Shown: piece after piece, positions 54,512-64,000 of the stretch
Layout of the letters: each line of letters starts with the position of its first letter
How positions within the stretch are numbered: the stretch's first letter is position 1
Assembly: GCA_051362555.1 (NCBI GenBank)
Contig: CM120642.1
Location: 6,076,001-6,140,000, forward strand
DNA: 64,000 nt
Direction: 5' to 3'
Source of the DNA: Lingula anatina
Lineage: Eukaryota > Animalia > Brachiopoda
Translations under genes and position numbers: made by a program
The notes under the pieces: generated by a model
Told to the model about the DNA's origin: nothing
Databases searched by the model: none
Seen by the model: only the letters and a program-made list of their open reading frames with translations

Positions 54512-57500
54512 TCACAAACATTTTTCAACCGCGATTGGACAAAAAATTATCATTTTAACGGAAACTCCTCTCAAGTGCTTCAACTTTTTCTATTAGATCT
54601 ACATATTAGTGTCTCCTCTATAGAACCCAGGCAGCCCACCTTCAATATCCCTCGCCTTGCAGTGAAAGTCCCTGCGTGGACTGAAGGGGAGGTCCATATA
54701 CAGCTCCGGCCACTCCTGACCTATCTCGGCAGCCACAAACTTGATCGCTTCGTGGACGTAGTCATACGCTGAAAAGAAAAGTAAAGAAAATTACGTGAAT
54801 AGGTGAGACGCCAGTTAGTAGACACTGACAGAAACAGCAGTGGCGGATTTGGGGGGAGGGGGTGTTAGGGGGGGTCCTGACCCTCCCCCTACCCTTCCAT
54901 TTTCTGAAAATAATTAAATAATGAAACCATTGGTCCCCTCTTGAAATTAGAATTTTGACTAGCTGAATCATAGTTCTAAACAGTACCAAATGGCACCGTT
55001 CGCCCTCTAAAATACCAAATGTTTCGGGGTCCTTTAGCGGGCCCCGAACCCCAAGCCAAGGGGGGGGGGGGGTAGGCTTCGCATCCGCAGACCCCACCCT
55101 CCTTCAAATAATCCGGGTGCCGCCCCTGTACAGATGGGTAAATGTTGGGCGACTCATTCGACTCTTCGTTCGGCTGTCAATACCACTTAAAATAAGGTTT
55201 ACGTGTTTTGAATGGTTTTCCATATCTTAAATTTACTAACAAAGATATTACTTGTTTCCCCTCACCCTTTCTATTTACCAACAATAAACTACGAGGGCCC
55301 TGCGTGTAAAGTAAATGCATTTCCGTGATTGTGAAGTTTTTGCTTTCAAAGGGTCATTGTGAGTTACCTACAATTATTTTTTACAATAAGCAAAGGTTGT
55401 CAAAGGGCGTTATGGATTGAATGGTCATAAAGCGGTGACACAATCGGCTGATTCTTGATAAAGTAGGCATACAGAAAACAGCTGTGCCCACCACAAAAGT
55501 AAAAAGGAAAAAAGAAGAAAAAAGCACTGACTAACAATGCAAATAATGCTTCTTGAATGACAACAATCGAAAAATATGTTTATTTTTTAAATAACGTCTT
55601 TATTTCACGTTATAGGTCACACAGTGCACTACACGAATAAGAGTACGACTATATGACGGAAACAACTTATCAGTTTCATCGGTAAACATGTTTTTCTTAC
55701 ATAACAATTTTATTTTTCAACGAAGCGCAACTTGTGTGAACGGGTTGTGAAGGTGGCCCCCCGGATTGTTCTAAAGGTTCGACTTGTTGATTAAATTCTG
55801 AACGTAACTCCTCGGTCTTCCGTGCAGGACTACGTGCATAAGTTAGGCGCCTATCAGTAGACGTTTTGTCAGATATGATTTGGACTAAAACAGTTCCACT
55901 TTTTTTTATCTTATCCGCATTGCTTAATTTGTATATCCTTCATTATCGATATTTAGCAACATATCCATACTCCTTTTTGCGTTTAATGGAAATGAAATTT
56001 AATTTGATGGGAAATATTATTATTATCATTTTTTTTTTAATTATGGATGGCCTTTACTTTTTGAAAGTGGGGTATGTCTTCCATTTGAAGTGAAAACTGA
56101 GTTTTATTTGATTCAATTGATGTCACGTAAAACCCATTAAGTTCTACAGTTAGATATGTCTCGCCATAAGCTTAAAAAGACAGGCTTAAGAGCAACGTAA
56201 ACGTTTGAACAAGTCCATTCGCTAGCAACGGTAAAAACCAAAGATCAAGTAAATCACAAAACCGTGCCCTCCTAAAATTTTAACGCCATAAAAGGTCGGC
56301 CTTCGCAACCCATTGCCCTCTCTGTTATGCTCAGTCACGTAGAATTGTATATCGTATTTGACCTTTATCAATTTCTATTTGTTTGATGATTTATCAAGGT
56401 ACTTTTATCTCAAGAGTCCTTTAAATCTATAATTCAAATGCTTACGTGACATGTTTAGGATTCGTTCTGCCCTTAGCAACCGCTGCGACACCAACTCAAT
56501 TTAAGCGACTATGGTCGATCACCTTACGTAATAAACGGTAATTTCTGGCTATCGATTCTTTTCCATTTGGGTGCAAGGGGATTTGAGTGTAACTAATACG
56601 CTTTATAATATTATTCTATTTCATTAAATCCTGAACTTTCTTTACAAATTGCTGAAGATCAAGAGGATTGCTTAAGAATCTAGAAGTGCTTAAAGGGTAA
56701 CAAGAGTGGACATCGTAATGGGCTTCTATTTACTGTTTTGGACCATGTTTGCAGTGCATTGCCCAGTACATGTCTACCGGAGGCTTACCTTTCATTTCAA
56801 TGGTCTCCCCTTTTTCGGGTCTCTTGTACATTTTCTCCATGCTCTCAGGTTGATGTTTGAGTTCCTTTATTTTCAGTAAAATCCGCAATTTTCTTTCATT
56901 ATCTTTCAGGTCGCTACGTACTTGACTAAGGGTCCGTTTGTGCCTGCCTAGTATGGTAAATGCAGCTTTTTCTGAACTGCGATGCTGTTGAGACTGTCTC
57001 TCCAATTCGAACAGTTGGACATACGAGCCTAGCTTTTCGTTTTTCAGCGCGTTAACTTCTCCATTTAATTTGTCCATTCTTCGCTGTAGGCTCTGAACCT
57101 CTTCGTACGTGATTTTCTCTGCTTTCATGGCCTCTCGCAACACTGGGGAATTCGGCGGCATCATGGCCCTGTAATCTTTAATCTGTCTCTGTAAATCTTG
57201 TAATTTTCTTTTCTTTTTCAACAGTGAATTATCCAGCCTTCCGAAATTTTCCCGTGCTGTCAGCTGTCGTCTGCGAAACGTCGTCTGCTCTTCCAGTTTT
57301 TCTTGCACCTTTATTTCTGCCTGCTTTGCGGAGTACGAACGCCTGGTCGCCCTGATTGTAACAGTGTCTTTGCGGTTATTTATGTGCTTGATTTCCTCTT
57401 TAAAACGCAGGCGTTCATAGTTCAGACGAATGATTTCGTTTTGCAACCTTCTGGAGTAGCCTTCGTCTGACTCGAGAAGTCGTCTCGCTGGATGGCATAT

Positions 57501-58223
57501 GTTCAGAAATTCTTCTATCGTCCCCTCCATGTAATGGGCAACTTTATCATATTCCTCCAGCAGTAGCGGCATGGAGGCACGGAGCTCTTCTAATTCTTTG
57601 TTCAGTGCGTCCACATGTTCAAGAGTTTCGTGAAATTTGACTTTGAAGGCGACAATTTCGTCCTCGTATTCTTTGACCGGCGACAGGTCCGAGCTGTGCG
57701 TTTCCTCGACAAAACTAACGCAACATTTTTCTAAATGAAAGAACACGGAGTCCTTCATCTTCTTTTGAATCCGCGTTCTGAAATCACGAAATGCGGAATC
57801 TCTGTTACACGTTTGTTTCAGCTCTTCTAAAGTCGGATCAGTTCCAAATTGTTGTTGGATTTTTTCATTGTCGTGGTTCTCTGTGTACAGAATATTAGCA
57901 AACTGATCCACAGTTAACGTGCCCGTTTTGGTATCAGTTTTTAAGGAACACTTAAAGAGTATTAGATTGTAGAAATCCAGCCATTTGGGGGAGGCATCCG
58001 TATCCAACTTCCTCAGCCAGGTTTTACGAAAGGCTATGAGCTGACGTTGGACATCGTGTAGAGCAAGAAGGACCTTCCGTCGCACCGAGTCCACTGTCAG
58101 TGGCAGAGGGGGCTCGGGGAGCGAAGGTGGGGGAGGCGTCTTGGGGGTCTTAGGGACCTCGTTATAGGTGGGTCTGGTCCTGAAACCCATACGGGCCTTC
58201 CTTCCGCTTGGCAAAGTGAGCAT
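53764..58223 (-). CDS. Long coiled-coil protein with a C-terminal Death domain (3 coding exons: 58223-56789, 54768-54640, 53957-53764)
   Basis: The large exon is heptad-rich and K/R/E-rich with a Pro-rich N-terminus. Phase-1 splices give AYDYVHEAIKFVAAEIGQEWPELYMDLPF...ARDIEVID...WQEKAIKSLERWRR...ADVNELILTLKRLKKMDLVRRLE, a Death-fold pattern. Candidate 5' UTR intron ~58621-58333. Confidence 0.78.
54838..55128. mobile_element. Short MITE-like interspersed repeat (CAG(T/G)GGCGGA termini), copy 1
   Basis: CAGTGGCGGATTT ... CCGCCCCTG ends. The internal segment cccctcttgaaattagaattttgactagc is the reverse complement of ~61007-61036. Confidence 0.65.
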
Positions 58224-60831
58224 GTCGTGTGATGAGGTAGCTGTTGGTAATGTCGACTGACGAATATAGTGATTATCCACCTTGGACGATTACGACCAGT
58301 CCATCTCAATTCAAAGAGATTCCCTACAGCATCTGGAACAAAAATATAATAAATAGATAAATAAAAACCATGTTTGGTCAGGTTTTCGCTATGTTCATAA
58401 ATGTTATATCATATCTCACCAATTATGTACCATTAGTGCCTTTGCATCAACGAGCCAGCATATCCAAGTTGACTTAGAAACGAACTCTTCCTCCTACCAA
58501 CCGCGTGCCCGGCGAGTGTTCTTTACTCCATATTTTTAACATAATCTCGCAAATTTCTCCTCAGACTTAGCAGACATGTATAGTGGAGTCCTTAAAACGC
58601 TAAATATAAAATATCTCTCACCTTCGAGCGGCACGAGGTCGAAACTATATACTTTATCGCCTTTCCTCTTTTCTAATCTCAGTCGCGCAGTGGCGAGGTA
58701 TTAGTACACACTCACGCTAGCAGTTGACAGGTAACTCGATATCGGTTAAATGCAAACACACTCCATTCAATTAACCAATACAACTAACATAGGTTACACC
58801 AAGGTGGACCACAACTTTGTTTTGTTCCAATGTAATCTGTTGTAAATCTCTGCACAGCCATTCTTAACCTTTTTTCACTTTTTCTTTGATACGAACAACA
58901 AAGAAGAAACATTTGCTTTGCTTTGTTAGTCGCGACCTATTTCCCTATTGATCTCTATGTATTATATCGAATGTACCTCAACAACTGGTAGGAAAATACA
59001 GGTTCGCGTTAATATTTATATCAATAAAATCTGAAGTTTTGTAAACAAACAAGGGCTTTGTTCGCTTTTAAGCTTTCGGGTTGTTCGGATCCCTCCATAA
59101 AGGAAGTGTACACACAAAAATGATAAATGTAAATAAGGTTTATTATGAGATTTAGCGGATTTCTTTTTATCGCAGTGCTTTCATGCTCTACAAATTTGGA
59201 AACTAATTCGACTGTAAAATGAACGTGCTTTGGCACCGGTAACTCAATAAATCATTGACGTTGTTGAATTCAAAGTCATTTGACACCGTTGCCACGCATG
59301 TTAACACGCATGTAATATATTTCTATTAATTTATGCGCCCCGGATTTCATTTTCGCGCTACATTTATTATTCAGCAAAGAAGGATATTTAGAGCGTTTCT
59401 TAATATCTGCCATCAGAAAAATGCCTTATTAAGTGATTATTATTATTATTATTGTTGTTATTGTTATTATTATTATTATTTCAATTTTCAAGTCAAGAAC
59501 TTTATCTTCTTCGCAAAGATGTGGAATTAACTTTCTCAAAGTTAAGAAATATGAATAAGATCGCAAATTTCTACCCTTGTCTCTAGAGGCTTAATTCCAC
59601 AGAGTATAAAATCTTACGTTCAAACACAAACGGGCTGTGGGTAGGTCAGTGTCTAAATTGACGTGATCATCTTCTGTTAACCCTTAAAACAGGCACAAAA
59701 CTAAAAGCTATCACATCTATTCAGTTAATAGACTACAGTCATCTCAAAATCAGTTTCTGTAAGGATAACTTCTTGTGACATTAAAGGAAGAGTTGGAAAC
59801 AATGGCGATATTTAGAAGAAAATTTATCGAACTTTTCATTGTGGAGACTGCAAGTGGTCCCTGCTACCTGATTCTTATAATTATGTACGTTACATATTCT
59901 TTCTAATGACTTTAGTGATATAATTCTTTACCTCTGGTGCATTGTACGTAGACTTCAGCAACAATCGTTTTTCACTCAAACGGCGTTCAATATAATACGA
60001 TGGTTTACCATAGCAACACTGATGCGGCAACACGCAACACGGTAATTGATGCGAGCTAGGCAAAGGTAATGACTTCATTTGCAGGCGGCCTTTAAAGAAC
60101 ATGATTAATTACATTAAATTAAGCCTTCTCAGGGGTAATGGAGTTATTCCACGCACGCGTTGAAATGATCCTGCAAAGAAACACGCACCTGTGAAAGAAG
60201 AGGACTTTCGCACACGGACAAGTGAAGTTCTTTCGAGATGATAAGGGAAGGACTTGATTAAAATATGAAAAACGTGTTGAGGATTATACTAGCATCTTTG
60301 AGTCGCAATGGGCACGCGTCCCCCACTTAGCTTCTCAGGTACCGCCCCCCTGCCCCTCCCCCCCCCCCCCCCCCACACACACACTACGTAAATAAAAAAG
60401 CAACGAGTAATACGAGACACAGCCAAACTTTTCTTTAAAAATATCTGTGTCCTGTATATTACAGTTATGTTGTCCTTGTATACTGTTTTATATTTTATAT
60501 TGCTTGGCAAGATTTGCGCGCTTAGATTCATTTCAATGCAAACTTAAGGGGGAGGGGCATGCAAAGTGTGTTACCGATGAAAAAGAGCGTGCTTTCTTTC
60601 TAATATGAAAGGATGTGTTAGATGAGACGATTGCGTTTTGATGGCAACTTTATTTTGATTGTGATAGTTGCGCCTTTTACATCCAGTGTACGCCTCTCCC
60701 TCAGTCCCTCCCCTTTTCATACGATCTTATTAAGTTTTGAACGCCACAAAAGTTGATTTCAATTGCTTTTTATGTACAATAATAATTTCCAATCAACCCT
60801 TAACTTAAAGGTGTCTTTTAACCTTCTCATT

Positions 60832-61085
60832 CCAGGGGCGGACCCAGGATTATTTGAAGGGGGCGCCCGGAACGACAGGCCTCTGCTGCGAGGCCGACCA
60901 TCGCCCCCTTGGTGTGGGGTTGGGGGGCCTGCTCAAGAACCCCGAAATTTTTTGGGTGTTTTGGAGAGCAAACAGCGGCTTTTTGTACGGTTTAGAACTA
61001 TAATTTGGTTAATCAAAATTTTAATTTCAAGAGGGGAATATTGGTGCGATATATTTTTTCAGAAACCCCTTTAAATCCGACACTG
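60832..61085. mobile_element. Short MITE-like interspersed repeat, copy 2 in opposite orientation
   Basis: CAGGGGCGGACCCAGGATTATTTGAAGG ... AAATCCGACACTG, homologous to 54838-55128. Confidence 0.65.
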
Positions 61086-62715
61086 CATCCCACGCCTTCG
61101 TGAAAAAAAATCACTAGCAGACGAAGCACTGGGTTAAAATTGATTAATTAGCAAACGGTGCTATATGCATGCACGGCAAACCCTATAACAACAATCGACT
61201 GTTTCATTATGTGTGCGCTACGTTTGATCGTCACTAAAACAGAGGGAACCAAACCAATTATTCATTTCCCCATTAACGTCGTTTGTTCGCGCTTTAGTCG
61301 TAAACAGTCCATTAATTATTGAACCAGACCATACAGCGTTCCCAAAGATTATAACCACAGAGAAAGAGGTCCAATAATATTCCCCGTCAGTCCAAAAGGG
61401 ACACAGAACGGACACTGTTGTTATCTCTTTCGTAGAAGCCATTTTTTGCATTTCATAGTTTTCACCTCACGGCCCTGCATAGCGTGCAGATGTTGGTTAA
61501 CTTCCGCGAATACATATGTAAAACCTAGAGCAAGACATCGATCCCTTGTCGAGTTGTGACTATGGACGGATGTTGGGTCGGTGTTCAGGGACAGAGTCGA
61601 TAACAAAATCGATGGTAAACAATGTAACGGCGTTCTAAAGATCACACAACAAGGATACCGTACCTAAAACAGACCCGATACCATAACACATGGCCCTGCG
61701 TGATTTTGGATAAGCCTGCAGCAACTTGCCACTCATACAATACCCTATCCATATCGCCAACAACATCCTTAAAAACGAGGTAAGTAAATGTTTATTCTCT
61801 TTTGCAGAATTTTTAATTGTGGGTTTACATGTTTATCAATTCCCATGTTTGTTTTGTGAATCACGAAAAAGATAAAAGTTACAGCGATCAATTTGACAGC
61901 TTTAGTTTAAAATAATCTCTCGAACTTTGTTACCACGTTGAATGTGCTGAACTACTAGCACTTGCCTGTGGAGCCATCACTTTTGCCTCATACGTTTCTT
62001 TTTTTTCTTTTTTTTTACGAGAGTTTAATTGATGTTAACCATGTTTTATAACCTTCCTCAAAGCAATCCTCCATTATTTTATAGGCCTACCGTTTTACCA
62101 CATACCGTTTTACCACATTGACATAGAACCACGATCAAACCTTTATTCAGAGGTGACCTTTGCTAAGTCAGAGAAGCGGTCAATTATACCCTCTCCCCCA
62201 CCAACGGATCTGAGTTTATGAACACCAATAACACTTATGACTCTACACTCAACGGAAAAAGTTTTATCATTATTTTATTAACCTGCATTAAGTACAATGG
62301 AAAAACCTTTTCAGATAAAATCGGTCGAATTCGAAGTTCTCAGATTTTTCGTGCTGACATGCAAGCCACATTGTCTGTTTTCACGCATGACATTGCGTGC
62401 GTTTTACACCTTTTTATTATAGATCATGCACCGAAATTGCCCATTGTTACTTGCAGATGAACTTGTCGATCTTCTAGTCGGGCTGTAACTGATAAAGGGA
62501 CAGAAATAAAGTTTTTTATACTTTAACTAATTGTTCAAGGGGCAGGTTATGGGATTTTTCACGGAAATAATGCAAGTTTCCCTAAAAATGGCTGATCATG
62601 GCTATAACTGTTAAAGATTACTCATTTATGATTTTTAATGTATCACAATTTTCCCAATTTGTTTTAGAATTCCAAATGTTTTAGAGTCATAAGTCGGGTT
62701 CCGTCTCTGTAAAAC

Positions 62716-64000
62716 ATGGGGTGCGGGTCAAGTGCGAACTCGGTTCAAGCCACGCCAGCACTGGTCATCGTAGGGGGAGAGGAACAGATTGGAGAAGACT
62801 GGACACGGTCCACCAAGATAGAGGTTTACAGGTTGCTGGGGTAAGTATAATTCTTTAAATTATAAGCATGGGGACCACAGAAAACGCACTGGAGATGAAT
62901 ACACATTATACATATTTGCCATCCTATAAAACTGTCAGAAAATATCGCAACTTCAAATACATTTTCGGTGATAAAATATGTACGTTTTCTGAACCAGATA
63001 TAAAGGTATAGACACGAAACAAATTTGGATATGAAGTAAACGTTGGAGTAAAAAAAAAATACCCATGTTAAGTAACGGGAAATCATAGTTTTCATATCGA
63101 GTCTTGATCTAAAAAATAACGATGACTATAACTTTTTTATTCTAACTGCGAAATTATTAACTTTTTACAGCTGCACGTTTTTGAAATCGTTTGATCTTCC
63201 CGGCAAGAACGGACATAATTTGATTGGTGGCTACTCGGTATCTGGACATAGCAGCAAGCCGCTGATTTTTATAACAGGTAATGTAAAGAAAATAATCCTT
63301 ATAAGCTATGGAATTCCAGGCTACCGTTTTTCTCCACACAGTGATAAACTCGTATCAGTGTAATTTTGCATCCATGTTTCGCGCGATTTCTTTTAATACC
63401 ACGGGCAAGTTCAAGGGCTGTTTTTTCGATACTCTGTTTCGATATATAAAGAATTTACGAAATACAAAGAAATATGTCTGCTGTCTTTAGAAAGTTCTCT
63501 TGAAAAAAGGGGCTTCTTCACTACCGCATTCTCTGCCATTGCTACTGTAGTGAGTTTCGCCCTGCAGTCACAATAGCCCCAAACAAAATTTCGTGCTTGA
63601 CGTGTGTTTGCCGTACCAACTGAATTCTTATTACATTTTCATTAATCAGGACGACCGTCCACTATGCAACAATATCTGGCTTTATATTCATTTAGCATGG
63701 GGGATGTGAGAGACATGTTTTTAACCGCGTCAAACAAAGTTATGATAAATAAATAAAGTGAAAACTATCAGCAAAAGTTTAGTATTTTAGGAAATCTTTA
63801 CAGCACATGACGGAAGAGACGGGAGACATAATGTCAATAGTATCACCCTGGGTTAAATAAACGTATTTTTCTAAACTATATATTACCGCATTTGAACTTC
63901 TCGTTTAGAATTTTTCGTTAAAACTAATACCGCCCCCTTTTTTTTATCTCACTACAGGAGGCTACTATAAAGAAGACAAGGAACCAACACAGGAATTCTG
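62716..64000 (+). CDS. 5' part of a kelch-repeat protein with an N-terminal myristoylation/palmitoylation motif (exons 62716-62840, 63171-63277, 63958->64000)
   Basis: Spliced sequence MGCGSSANSVQATPALVIVGGEEQIGEDWTRSTKIEVYRLLGCTFLKSFDLPGKNGHNLIGGYSVSGHSSKPLIFITGGYYKEDKEPTQEFW, with two hydrophobic-GG kelch signatures and compatible phases. Possible non-coding upstream exon with donor gag|gtaagt near 61780. Confidence 0.7.

Noticed and set aside
56730-56788. C-terminal tail (GKPPVDMYW...) of the 516-aa ORF in the track
   Set aside because: It is intron read-through past the strong donor AAAG|gtaagc. The protein more plausibly continues into the Death-domain exons.
61218-61645. Two short minus-strand ORFs in a CpG-richer region
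   Set aside because: No recognisable motifs or splice-linked continuation. More likely promoter or 5' UTR sequence of the kelch gene.

Overview
This is AT-rich eukaryotic genomic DNA with GT-AG introns, microsatellites and non-autonomous transposons. It is most likely from a marine invertebrate such as a lophotrochozoan (inferred, not shown). In order, the window holds: the first coding exon of an aminopeptidase B (RNPEP-like) gene (-), head-to-head with a single-coding-exon PGAP4/TMEM246 gene (+); a NAT8/camello-like GNAT acetyltransferase (-); and, head-to-head with that, a ~41 kb gene (+) that I traced by hand through 58 phase-compatible coding exons (~3,100 aa). This large gene encodes an unusual kinase-less Roco protein: Pro-rich, Cys-type LRR, degenerate Roc-COR, MYCBP2-like Cys cluster, SPRY-like, MBT-like, Zn ribbon, LRRs with an inserted EF-hand, intact Roc-COR, a TIR lacking the catalytic Glu, a TIR retaining it, a CEH..WLCEEH domain and a CaaX box. 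An intronless 331-aa ORF with a degenerate HSPA12-like look starts 46 nt after its stop codon. Next come a convergent coiled-coil + Death-domain gene (-) and the 5' part of an MGCGSS-acylated kelch-repeat gene (+). The introns contain TAA-flanked inverted-repeat MITEs and a three-level nest of Helentron-like (HINE) elements. All calls come from manual reading and motif recognition; no database search was run.
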